Shown here piece after piece: positions 40,787-54,380 of a stretch of 64,000 nt of DNA. Source of the stretch: the human T2T-CHM13v2.0 reference genome, Homo sapiens; assembly GCF_009914755.1 (NCBI RefSeq), contig NC_060927.1; one strand, 5' to 3'. The position numbers were made by a program, and so were the translations under genes. A model generated the notes under the pieces. It worked only from the letters and a program-made list of their open reading frames with translations, made no database searches and was not told where the DNA came from. The number at the start of each line of letters is the position of its first letter. Position 1 is the stretch's first letter.

Positions 40787-43700
40787 GTTTTATATGAAGA
40801 AATCCCGTTTCCAAAGATGGCCTCAGAAAAGTCCCAATATACACTTGCAGATTCTACAAAAAGAGTTTTTCAAAACTGCTCTATCAAAAGGAAGGTTAAA
40901 CTCTGTGAGTTGAAGGCACACATCACAGAGTAGTTTCTGAGAATCATTCTGTCTAGTTTTTCTATGAAGATATTGCCTTTTCCACCATAGGCCTCAAACG
41001 GCGCTAAATATCCCCTTGGAAATTCTACAAAAAGAGGGTTACAAAACTGCTCTATCGAAAGGAAGCTTCAACTCTGCGAGTTGAAGCACACATCACAAAG
41101 AAGTTTATGAGAATTCTTCTGTCTACTTTTGTATGAAGCAGTCACGTTTCAAACGAAGGCCACAAAGACGTCCAAATATCCACTTGGAGATTCAACAAAA
41201 AGAGTTTTACAAAACTGCTCCATCAAGAGGAATATTCAACTCTGAGAGTTGAAGGCAGGTATCACAAAGTAGTTTCCGACAATGCTTCTATCAAGATTTT
41301 ATGTGAAGACATTCCCTTTTGTACCACAGGCCTGAAAGCACTCTAAAGATAGAATAGCAAATTCCACAAAAAGAGGGTTTAAAACCGCTCTATCCAACGA
41401 AAGGTTAAACTCTGTCAGCTGAATGCGCACATCTCAGAGTAGCTTCAGAGAACAATTATGTCTAGTCTTTCTGGGAAGATATTTTCTCTTCTACATAGGC
41501 CTGAAACCGCTCTAAATATTCACTTGGAAATTCTACAAAAAGAATACTTCAACACTCTTCCATCAAAAGGAAGGTTGAACTCTGAGAGTTAAACGCACAC
41601 ATCACAGAGAAGTTTCTGAGAATTCTTCTGTCAAGGTTTATATGAAGAAACCCCGTTTCCAATGAAGGCCTCAAAAAAGTCCAAAGATTTACTTGCAGAT
41701 TCTACAAAAAGAGTGTTTCATAAACTGGTCTATCAAAAGAAAGGTTAAACTCAGTGAGTTGAACCCACACATCACAAAGTAGCTTCTGAGAATCATTCTG
41801 TCTAGTCCTCCTATGAAGATATTGCCTTTTCTACCATAGGCCTCAAACGGCGCTAAATATCCACCTGGAAATTCTACAAAAACTGAGTTTCTAAGGTGCT
41901 CTATTGAAAGGAAGCTTCAACTCTGTGAGTTGAAGGTACACATCACAAAGAAGTTTCTGAGAATTCTTCTGTCTAGTTGTAAATGAAGAAATCACGTTTC
42001 AAACGAAGGCCACAAAGAGGTCCAAATATCCACCTGCAGATTCTACAAAAAGAGTGTTTCCAAACTGCTCCATCAAGAGGAATGTTCAACTCGGTGCGTT
42101 GAATGCAAATATCACAAATAAGTTTCTGACAATACTTCTGTCTAGTTTTTATGTGAAGATATTTCCTTTCCTACTGTAGGCCTCAAAACGCTCTAAATAA
42201 ACACTTGCAAACTCCACAAAAAGAGTGTTTCCAAACTGCTCTATCAAAGGAAGTTTAAACTCTGTCAGCTGAATGCAAGCATCACAAAACAGCTTCGGAG
42301 AATGAATCTGCCTAGTTTTTCTGTGAAGATATTTCTTTTTCTGCCATAGACCTCAAACCGCTGTAAAAATCCACTTGGAAATTCTACAAAAAGAGGATGT
42401 CAAAACTCTTCTATCGAAAGGAAGTTTCAACTCCATGAGTTAAATGCAGATATCACAAATAATTTTCTGAGGATTCTTCTTTCAAGTTTTATATGAAGAA
42501 ATCCCGTTTCCAAACATGGCCTCAGAAAAGCCCCACTATACACTTGCAGATTCTACAGAAAGAGTTTTTCAAAACTGCTCTATCAACAGAAAGGTTAAAC
42601 TCTGTGAGTTGAAGGCACACATCACAAATTAGTTTCTGAGAATCATTCTGTCTAGTTTCTCTATGAAGATATTGCCTTTTCCACCATAGGCCTAAAACGG
42701 CGCTAAATATCCACTTGGAAATTCTACAAAAAGAGGGTTACAAAACTGCTCTATCGAAAGGAAGCTTCAACTCTGCGAGTTGAAAGCACACATCACGAAG
42801 AAGTTTATGAGAATTCTTCTGTCTACTTTTGTATGAAGCAGTCACATTTCAAACGAAGGCCACAAAGAGGTCCAAATATCCACTTGGAGATTCAACAAAA
42901 AGAGTTTTTCAAAACTGCTCCATCAAGAGGAATATTCAACTCTGAGAGTTGAAGGCAGGTATCACAAAGTAGTTTCCGACAATGCTTCTGTCTAGATTTT
43001 ATGTGAAGACATTCCCTTTTGTACCAGAGGCCTGAAAGCACTCTAAAGATAGAATAGCAAATTCCACAAAAAGAGGGTTTAAAACCGCTCTATCCAACGA
43101 AAGGTTAAACTCTGTCAGCTGAATGCGCACATCACAGAGTAGCTTCAGAGAACAATTATGTCTAGTCTTTCTGGGAAGATATTTTCTCTTCTACATAGGC
43201 CTGAAACCGCTCTAAATACTCACTTGGAAATTCTACAAAAAGAATACTTCAACACTCTTCCATCAAAAGGAAGGTTGAACTCTGAGAGTTAAACGCACAC
43301 ATCACAGAGAAGTTTCTGAGAATTCTTCTGTCAAGGTTTATATGAAGAAACCCCGTTTCCAATGAAGGCCTCAAAAAAGTCCAAAGATTTACTTGCAGAT
43401 TCTACAAAAAGAGTGTTTCATAAACTGGTCTATCAAAAGAAAGGTTAAACTCAGTGAGTTGAACCCACACATCACAAAGTAGCTTCTGAGAATCATTCTG
43501 TCTAGTCCTCCTACGAAGATATTGCCTTTTCTACCATAGGCCTCAAACGGCGCTAAATATCCACCTGGAAATTCTACAAAAACTGAGTTTCTAAGGTGCT
43601 CTATTGAAAGGAAGCTTCAACTCTGTGAGTTGAAGGTACACATCACAAAGAAGTTTCTGAGAATTCTTCTGTCTAGTTGTAAATGAAGAAATCACGTTTC

Positions 43701-44185
43701 AAACGAAGGCCACAAAGAGGTCCAAATATCCACCTGCAGATTCTACAAAAAGAGTGTTTCCAAACTGCTCCATCAAGAGGAATGTTCAACTCGGTGCGTT
43801 GAATGCAAATATCACAAATAAGTTTCTGACAATACTTCTGTCTAGTTTTTATGTGAAGATATTTCCTTTCCTACTGTAGGCCTCAAAACGCTCTAAATAT
43901 ACACTTGCAAACTCCCCAAAAAGAGTGTTTCCAAACTGCTCTATCAAAGGAAGTTTAAACTCTGTAAGCTTAATGCAAGCATCACAAAACAGCTTCGGAG
44001 AATGAATCTGCCTAGTTTTTCTGTGAAGATATTTCTTTTTCTGCCATAGACCTCAAACCGCTGTAAAAATCCACTTGGAAATTCTACAAAAAGAGTATTT
44101 CAAAACTCTTCTATCGAAAGGCAGTTTCAACTCCATGAGTTAAATGCACATATCACAAATAATTTTCTGAGGATTCTTCTTCCAA

Positions 44186-45882
44186 GTTTTATATGAAGAA
44201 ATCCCGTTTCCAAAGATGGCCTCAGAAAAGTCCCAATATACACTTGCAGATTCTACAAAAAGAGTTTTTCAAAACTGCTCTATCAAAAGAAAGGTTGAAC
44301 TCTGTGAGTTGAAGGCACATATCACAAAGTAGTTTCTGAGAATCATTCTGTCTAGTTTTTCTATGAAGATATTGCCTTTTCCACCATAGGCCTCAAACGG
44401 CGCTAAATATCCCCTTGGAAATTCTACAAAAAGAGAGTTACAAGACTGCTCTGTCGAAAGGAAGCTTCAACTCAGCGAGTTGAAAGCACAAATCACGACG
44501 AAGTTTATGAGAGTTCTTCTGTCTAGTTTTGTATGAAGAAGTCACGTTTCAAACGAGGGCCACAAAGAGGTCCAAATGTCCACTTGGAGATTCAACAAAA
44601 AGAGTTTTTCAAAACTGCTCCATCAAGAGGAATATTCAACTCTGAGGGTTGAAGGCAGGTATCACAAAGTAGTTTCCGACAATGCTTCTGTCTAGATTTT
44701 ATGTGAAGACATTCCCTTTCGTACCACAGGCCTGAAAGCACTCTAAATATAGAATTGCAAATTCCACAAAAAGAGTGTTTAAAACCGCTCTATGCAAAGA
44801 AAGCTTAAACTCTGTCAGCTGAATGCGCACATCACAGAGTGGCTTCAGAGAACAATTATGTCTAGTTTTTCTGTGAAGACATTTTCTCTTCTACATAGGC
44901 CTGAAACCGCTCTAAATATTCACTTGGAAATTCTACAAAAGGAATATTTCAACCCTCTTTTATCAAAAGGTAGGTTGAACTCTGAGAGTTAAACGCACAC
45001 TTCACAGAGTAGTTTCTGAGAATTCTTCTGTCAAGGTTTATATGAAGAAACCCCGTTCCAATGAAGGCTTCAAAAAAGTCCAAATATTCACTTGCAGATT
45101 CTACAAAAAGAGTGTTTCATAATTGGTCTATCAAAAGAAAGGTTAAACTCAGTGAGTTGAACCCACACATCACAAAGTAGCTCCTGAGAATCATTCTGTC
45201 TAGTCCTCCTACGAAGATATTGCCTTTTCTACCATAGGCCTCAAACGCGCTAAATATCCACCTGGAAATTCTACAAAAACTGAGTTTCTGAAGTGCTCTA
45301 TTGAAAGGAAGTTTCAACTCTGTGAGTTGAAGGTACACATCACAAAGAAGTTTCTGAGAATTCTTCTGTCTAGTTGTAAATGAAGAAATCACGTTTCAAA
45401 CGAAGGCCACAAAGATGTCCAAATATCCACTTGCAGATTCTACAAAAAGAGTGTTTCAAAACTGCTCCATCAAGAGGAATGTTCAACTCGGTGCGTTGAC
45501 TGCAAATATCACAAATAAGTTTCTGACAATACTTCTGTCTAGTTTTTATGTGAAGATATTTCCTTTCCTACTGTAGGCCTCAAAACGCTCTAAATATACA
45601 CTTGTAAACTCCCCAAAAAGAGTGTTTCCAAACTGCTCTATCAAAGGAAGTTTAAAATCTGTAAGCTTAATGCAAGCATCACAAAACAGCTTCGGAGAAT
45701 GAATCTGCCTAGTTTTTCTGTGAAGATATTTCTTTTTCTGCCATAGACCTCAAACCGCTGTAAAAATCCACTTGGAAATTCTACAAAAAGAGTATTTCAA
45801 AGCTCTTCTATCGAAAGGAAGTTTCAGCTCCATGAGTTAAATGCACATATCACAAATAATTTTCTGAGGATTCTTCTTTCAA
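44186..45882 (-). repeat. HOR variant gamma, copy 2
   Basis: Same markers as 39090-40786 at an offset of exactly 5096 bp. The chance ORFs at 39696/44792 and 40021/45117 show the same offset. Confidence 0.93.
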
Positions 45883-48800
45883 GTTTTATATGAAGAAATC
45901 CCGTTTCCAAAGATGGCCTCAGAAAAGTCCCAATATACACTTGCAGATTCTACAAAAAGAGTTTTTCAAAACTGCTCTATCAAAAGGAAGGTTAAACTCT
46001 GTGAGTTGAAGGCACACATCACAGAGTAGTTTCTGAGAATCATTCTGTCTAGTTTTTCTATGAAGATATTGCCTTTTCCACCATAGGCCTCAAACGGCGC
46101 TAAATATCCCCTTGGAAATTCTACAAAAAGAGGGTTACAAAACTGCTCTATCGAAAGGAAGCTTCAACTCTGCGAGTTGAAGCACACATCACAAAGAAGT
46201 TTATGAGAATTCTTCTGTCTACTTTTGTATGAAGCAGTCACGTTTCAAACGAAGGCCACAAAGACGTCCAAATATCCACTTGGAGATTCAACAAAAAGAG
46301 TTTTACAAAACTGCTCCATCAAGAGGAATATTCAACTCTGAGAGTTGAAGGCAGGTATCACAAAGTAGTTTCCGACAATGCTTCTATCAAGATTTTATGT
46401 GAAGACATTCCCTTTTGTACCACAGGCCTGAAAGCACTCTAAAGATAGAATAGCAAATTCCACAAAAAGAGGGTTTAAAACCGCTCTATCCAACGAAAGG
46501 TTAAACTCTGTCAGCTGAATGCGCACATCTCAGAGTAGCTTCAGAGAACAATTATGTCTAGTCTTTCTGGGAAGATATTTTCTCTTCTACATAGGCCTGA
46601 AACCGCTCTAAATATTCACTTGGAAATTCTACAAAAAGAATACTTCAACACTCTTCCATCAAAAGGAAGGTTGAACTCTGAGAGTTAAACGGACACATCA
46701 CAGAGAAGTTTCTGAGAATTCTTCTGTCAAGGTTTATATGAAGAAACCCCGTTTCCAATGAAGGCCTCAAAAAAGTCCAAAGATTTACTTGCAGATTCTA
46801 CAAAAAGAGTGTTTCATAAACTGGTCTATCAAAAGAAAGGTTAAACTCAGTGAGTTGAACCCACACATCACAAAGTAGCTTCTGAGAATCATTCTGTCTA
46901 GTCCTCCTATGAAGATATTGCCTTTTCTACCATAGGCCTCAAACGGCGCTAAATATCCACCTGGAAATTCTACAAAAACTGAGTTTCTAAGGTGCTCTAT
47001 TGAATGGAAGCTTCAACTCTGTGAGTTGAAGGTACACATCACAAAGAAGTTTCTGAGAATTCTTCTGTCTAGTTGTAAATGAAGAAATCACGTTTCAAAC
47101 GAAGGCCACAAAGAGGTCCAAATATCCACCTGCAGATTCTACAAAAAGAGTGTTTCCAAACTGCTCCATCAAGAGGAATGTTCAACTCGGTGCGTTGAAT
47201 GCAAATATCACAAATAAGTTTCTGACAATACTTCTGTCTAGTTTTTATGTGAAGATATTTCCTTTCCTACTGTAGGCCTCAAAACGCTCTAAATAAACAC
47301 TTGCAAACTCCACAAAAAGAGTGTTTCCAAACTGCTCTATCAAACGAAGTTTAAACTCTGTCAGCTGAATGCAAGCATCACAAAACAGCTTCGGAGAATG
47401 AATCTGCCTAGTTTTTCTGTGAAGATATTTCTTTTTCTGCCATAGACCTCAAACCGCTGTAAAAATCCACTTGGAAATTCTACAAAAAGAGGATGTCAAA
47501 ACTCTTCTATCGAAAGGAAGTTTCAACTCCATGAGTTAAATGCAGATATCACAAATAATTTTCTGAGGATTCTTCTTTCAAGTTTTATATGAAGAAATCC
47601 CGTTTCCAAACATGGCCTCAGAAAAGCCCCACTATACACTTGCAGATTCTACAGAAAAAGTTTTTCAAAACTGCTCTATCAAAAGGAAGGTTAAACTCTG
47701 TGAGTTGAAGGCACACATCACAAATTAGTTTCTGAGAATCATTCTGTCTAGTTTCTCTATGAAGATATTGCCTTTTCCACCATAGGCCTCAAACGGCGCT
47801 AAATATCCACTTGGAAATTCTACAAAAAGAGGGTTACAAAACTGCTCTATCGAAAGGAAGCTTCAACTCTGCGAGTTGAAAGCACACATCACGAAGAAGT
47901 TTATGAGAATTCTTCTGTCTACTTTTGTATGAAGCAGTCACATTTCAAACGAAGGCCACAAAGAGGTCCAAATATCCACTTGGAGATTCAACAAAAAGAG
48001 TTTTTCAAAACTGCTCCATCAAGAGGAATATTCAACTCTGAGAGTTGAAGGCAGGTATCACAAAGTAGTTTCCGACAATGCTTCTGTCTAGATTTTATGT
48101 GAAGACATTCCCTTTTGTACCAGAGGCCTGAAAGCACTCTAAAGATAGAATAGCAAATTCCACAAAAAGAGGGTTTAAAACCGCTCTATCCAACGAAAGG
48201 TTAAACTCTGTCAGCTGAATGCGCACATCACAGAGTAGCTTCAGAGAACAATTATGTCTAGTCTTTCTGGGAAGATATTTTCTCTTCTACATAGGCCTGA
48301 AACCGCTCTAAATACTCACTTGGAAATTCTACAAAAAGAATACTTCAACACTCTTCCATCAAAAGGAAGGTTGAACTCTGAGAGTTAAACGCACACATCA
48401 CAGAGAAGTTTCTGAGAATTCTTCTGTCAAGGTTTATATGAAGAAACCCCGTTTCCAATGAAGGCCTCAAAAAAGTCCAAAGATTTACTTGCAGATTCTA
48501 CAAAAAGAGTGTTTCATAAACTGGTCTATCAAAAGAAAGGTTAAACTCAGTGAGTTGAACCCACACATCACAAAGTAGCTTCTGAGAATCATTCTGTCTA
48601 GTCCTCCTACGAAGATATTGCCTTTTCTACCATAGGCCTCAAACGGCGCTAAATATCCACCTGGAAATTCTACAAAAACTGAGTTTCTAAGGTGCTCTAT
48701 TGAAAGGAAGCTTCAACTCTGTGAGTTGAAGGTACACATCACAAAGAAGTTTCTGAGAATTCTTCTGTCTAGTTGTAAATGAAGAAATCACGTTTCAAAC

Positions 48801-51800
48801 GAAGGCCACAAAGAGGTCCAAATATCCACCTGCAGATTCTACAAAAAGAGTGTTTCCAAACTGCTCCATCAAGAGGAATGTTCAACTCTGTGCGTTGAAT
48901 GCAAATATCACAAATAAGTTTCTGACAATACTTCTGTCTAGTTTTTATGTGAAGATATTTCCTTTCCTACTGTAGGCCTCAAAACGCTCTAAATAAACAC
49001 TTGCAAACTCCACAAAAAGAGTGTTTCCAAACTGCTCTATCAAACGAAGTTTAAACTCTGTCAGCTGAATGCAAGCATCACAAAACAGCTTCGGAGAATG
49101 AATCTGCCTTGTTTTTCTGTGAAGATATTTCTTTTTCTGCCATAGACCTCAAACCGCTGTAAAAATCCACTTGGAAATTCTACAAAAAGAGGATGTCAAA
49201 ACTCTTCTATCGAAAGGAAGTTTCAATTCCATGAGTTAAATGCACATATCACAAATAATTTTCTGAGGATTCTTCTTTCAAGTTTTATATGAAGAAATCC
49301 CGTTTCCAAACATGGCCTCAGAAAAGTCCCAATATACACTTGCAGATTCTACAGAAAGAGTTTTTCAAAACTGCTCTATCAACAGAAAGGTTAAACTCTG
49401 TGAGTTGAAGGCACACATCACAAAGTAGTTTCTGAGAATCATTCTGTCTAGTTTTTCTATGAAGATATTGCCTTTTCCACCATAGGCCTCAAACGGCGCT
49501 AAATATCCACTTGGAAATTCTACAAAAATAGGGTTACAAAACTGCTCTATCGAAAGGAAGCTTCAACTCTGCGAGTTGAAGCACACATCACAAAGAAGTT
49601 TATGAGAATTCTTCTGTCTACTTTTGTATGAAGCAGTCACGTTTCAAACGAAGGCCACAAAGACGTCCAAATATCCACTTGGAGATTCAACAAAAAGAGT
49701 TTTACAAAACTGCTCCATCAAGAGGAATATTCAACTCTGAGAGTTGAAGGCAGGTATCACAAAGTAGTTTCCGACAATGCTTCTATCAAGATTTTATGTG
49801 AAGACATTCCCTTTTGTACCACAGGCCTGAAAGCACTCTAAAGATAGAATAGCAAATTCCACAAAAAGAGGGTTTAAAACCGCTCTATCCAACGAAAGGT
49901 TAAACTCTGTCAGCTGAATGCGCACATCTCAGAGTAGCTTCAGAGAACAATTATGTCTAGTCTTTCTGGGAAGATATTTTCTCTTCTACATAGGCCTGAA
50001 ACCGCTCTAAATATTCACTTGGAAATTCTACAAAAAGAATACTTCAACACTCTTCCATCAAAAGGAAGGTTGAACTCTGAGAGTTAAACGCACACATCAC
50101 AGAGAAGTTTCTGAGAATTCTTCTGTCAAGGTTTATATGAAGAAACCCCGTTTCCAATGAAGGCCTCAAAAAAGTCCAAAGATTTACTTGCAGATTCTAC
50201 AAAAAGAGTGTTTCATAAACTGGTCTATCAAAAGAAAGTTTAAACTCAGTGAGTTGAACCCACACATCACAAAGTAGCTTCTGAGAATCATTCTGTCTAG
50301 TCCTCCTATGAAGATATTGCCTTTTCTACCATAGGCCTCAAACGGCGCTAAATATCCACCTGGAAATTCTACAAAAACTGAGTTTCTAAGGTGCTCTATT
50401 GAAAGGAAGCTTCAACTCTGTGAGTTGAAGGTACACATCACAAAGAAGTTTCTGAGAATTCTTCTGTCTAGTTGTAAATGAAGAAATCACGTTTCAAACG
50501 AAGGCCACAAAGAGGTCCAAATATCCACCTGCAGATTCTACAAAAAGAGTGTTTCCAAACTGCTCCATCAAGAGGAATGTTCAACTCGGTGCGTTGAATG
50601 CAAATATCACAAATAAGTTTCTGACAATACTTCTGTCTAGTTTTTATGTGAAGATATTTCCTTTCCTACTGTAGGCCTCAAAACGCTCTAAATAAACACT
50701 TGCAAACTCCACAAAAAGAGTGTTTCCAAACTGCTCTATCAAAGGAAGTTTAAACTCTGTCAGCTGAATGCAAGCATCACAAAACAGCTTCAGAGAATGA
50801 ATCTGCCTAGTTTTTCTGTGAAGATATTTCTTTTTCTGCCATAGACCTCAAACCGCTGTAAAAATCCACTTGGAAATTCTACAAAAAGAGGATGTCAAAA
50901 CTCTTCTATCGAAAGGAAGTTTCAACTCCATGAGTTAAATGCAGATATCACAAATAATTTTCTGAGGATTCTTCTTTCAAGTTTTATATGAAGAAATCCC
51001 GTTTCCAAACATGGCCTCAGAAAAGCCCCACTATACACTTGCAGATTCTACAGAAAGAGTTTTTCAAAACTGCTCTATCAAAAGGAAGGTTAAACTCTGT
51101 GAGTTGAAGGCACACATCACAAATTAGTTTCTGAGAATCATTCTGTCTAGTTTCTCTATGAAGATATTGCCTTTTCCACCATAGGCCTCAAACGGCGCTA
51201 AATATCCACTTGGAAATTCTACAAAAAGAGGGTTACAAAACTGCTCTATCGAAAGGAAGCTTCAACTCTGCGAGTTGAAAGCACACATCACGAAGAAGTT
51301 TATGAGAATTCTTCTGTCTACTTTTGTATGAAGCAGTCACATTTCAAACGAAGGCCACAAAGAGGTCCAAATATCCACTTGGAGATTCAACAAAAAGAGT
51401 TTTTCAAAACTGCTCCATCAAGAGGAATATTCAACTCTGAGAGTTGAAGGCAGGTATCACAAAGTAGTTTCCGACAATGCTTCTGTCTAGATTTTATGTG
51501 AAGACATTCCCTTTTGTACCAGAGGCCTGAAAGCACTCTAAAGATAGAATAGCAAATTCCACAAAAAGAGGGTTTAAAACCGCTCTATCCAACGAAAGGT
51601 TAAACTCTGTCAGCTGAATGCGCACATCACAGAGTAGCTTCAGAGAACAATTATGTCTAGTCTTTCTGGGAAGATATTTTCTCTTCTACATAGGCCTGAA
51701 ACCGCTCTAAATACTCACTTGGAAATTCTACAAAAAGAATACTTCAACACTCTTCCATCAAAAGGAAGGTTGAACTCTGAGAGTTAAACGCACACATCAC

Positions 51801-54380
51801 AGAGAAGTTTCTGAGAATTCTTCTGTCAAGGTTTATATGAAGAAACCCCGTTTCCAATGAAGGCCTCAAAAAAGTCCAAAGATTTACTTGCAGATTCTAC
51901 AAAAAGAGTGTTTCATAAACTGGTCTATCAAAAGAAAGGTTAATCTCAGTGAGTTGAACCCACACATCACAAAGTAGCTTCTGAGAATCATTCTGTCTAG
52001 TCCTCCTACGAAGATATTGCCTTTTCTACCATAGGCCTCAAACGGCGCTAAATATCCACCTGGAAATTCTACAAAAACTGAGTTTCTAAGGTGCTCTATT
52101 GAAAGGAAGCTTCAACTCTGTGAGTTGAAGGTACACATCACAAAGAAGTTTCTGAGAATTCTTCTGTCTAGTTGTAAATGAAGAAATCACGTTTCAAACG
52201 AAGGCCACAAAGAGGTCCAAATATCCACCTGCAGATTCTACAAAAAGAGTGTTTCCAAACTGCTCCATCAAGAGGAATGTTCAACTCGGTGCGTTGAATG
52301 CAAATATCACAAATAAGTTTCTGACAATACTTCTGTCTAGTTTTTATGTGAAGATATTTCCTTTCCTACTGTAGGCCTCAAAACGCTCTAAATAAACACT
52401 TGCAAACTCCACAAAAAGAGTGTTTCCAAACTGCTCTATCAAACGAAGTTTAAACTCTGTCAGCTGAATGCAAGCATCACAAAACAGCTTCGGAGAATGA
52501 ATCTGCCTAGTTTTTCTGTGAAGATATTTCTTTTTCTGCCATAGACCTCAAACCGCTGTAAAAATCCACTTGGAAATTCTACAAAAAGAGGATGTCAAAA
52601 CTCTTCTATCGAAAGGAAGTTTCAACTCCATGAGTTAAATGCACATATCACAAATAATTTTCTGAGGATTCTTCTTTCAAGTTTTATATGAAGAAATCCC
52701 GTTTCCAAACATGGCCTCAGAAAAGTCCCACTATACACTTGCAGATTCTACAGAAAGAGTTTTTCAAAACTGCTCTATCAAAAGGAAGGTTAAACTCTGT
52801 GAGTTGAAGGCACACATCACAAATTAGTTTCTGAGAATCATTCTGTCTAGTTTCTCTATGAAGATATTGCCTTTTCCACCATAGGCCTCAAACGGCGCTA
52901 AATATCCACTTGGAAATTCTACAAAAAGAGGGTTACAAAACTGCTCTATCGAAAGGAAGCTTCAACTCTGCGAGTTGAAAGCACACATCACGAAGAAGTT
53001 TATGAGAATTCTTCTGTCTACTTTTGTATGAAGCAGTCACATTTCAAACGAAGGCCACAAAGAGGTCCAAATATCCACTTGGAGATTCAACAAAAAGAGT
53101 TTTTCAAAACTGCTCCATCAAGAGGAATATTCAACTCTGAGAGTTGAAGGCAGGTATCACAAAGTAGTTTCCGACAATGCTTCTGTCTAGATTTTATGTG
53201 AAGACATTCCCTTTTGTACCAGAGGCCTGAAAGCACTCTAAAGATAGAATAGCAAATTCCACAAAAAGAGGGTTTAAAACCGCTCTATCCAACGAAAGGT
53301 TAAACTCTGTCAGCTGAATGCGCACATCACAGAGTAGCTTCAGAGAACAATTATGTCTAGTCTTTCTGGGAAGATATTTTCTCTTCTACATAGGCCTGAA
53401 ACCGCTCTAAATACTCACTTGGAAATTCTACAAAAAGAATACTTCAACACTCTTCCATCAAAAGGAAGGTTGAACTCTGAGAGTTAAACGCACACATCAC
53501 AGAGAAGTTTCTGAGAATTCTTCTGTCAAGGTTTATATGAAGAAACCCCGTTTCCAATGAAGGCCTCAAAAAAGTCCAAAGATTTACTTGCAGATTCTAC
53601 AAAAAGAGTGTTTCATAAACTGGTCTATCAAAAGAAAGGTTAAACTCAGTGAGTTGAACCCACACATCACAAAGTAGCTTCTGAGAATCATTCTGTCTAG
53701 TCCTCCTACGAAGATATTGCCTTTTCTACCATAGGCCTCAAACGGCGCTAAATATCCACCTGGAAATTCTACAAAAACTGAGTTTCTAAGGTGCTCTATT
53801 GAAAGGAAGTTTCAACTCTGTGAGTTGAAGGTACACATCACAAAGAAGTTTCTGAGAATTCTTCTGTCTAGTTGTAAATGAAGAAATCACGTTTCAAACG
53901 AAGGCCACAAAGAGGTCCAAATATCCACCTGCAGATTCTACAAAAAGAGTGTTTCCAAACTGCTCCATCAAGAGGAATGTTCAACTCGGTGCGTTGAATG
54001 CAAATATCACAAATAAGTTTCTGACAATACTTCTGTCTAGTTTTTATGTGAAGATATTTCCTTTCCTACTGTAGGCCTCAAAACGCTCTAAATATACACT
54101 TGCAAACTCCCCAAAAAGAGTGTTTCCAAACTGCTCTATCAAAGGAAGTTTAAACTCTGTAAGCTTAATGCAAGCATCACAAAACAGCTTCGGAGAATGA
54201 ATCTGCCTAGTTTTTCTGTGAAGATATTTCTTTTTCTGCCATAGACCTCAAACCGCTGTAAAAATCCACTTGGAAATTCTACAAAAAGAGTATTTCAAAA
54301 CTCTTCTATCGAAAGGAAGTTTCAACTCCATGAGTTAAATGCACATATCACAAATAATTTTCTGAGGATTCTTCTTCCAA

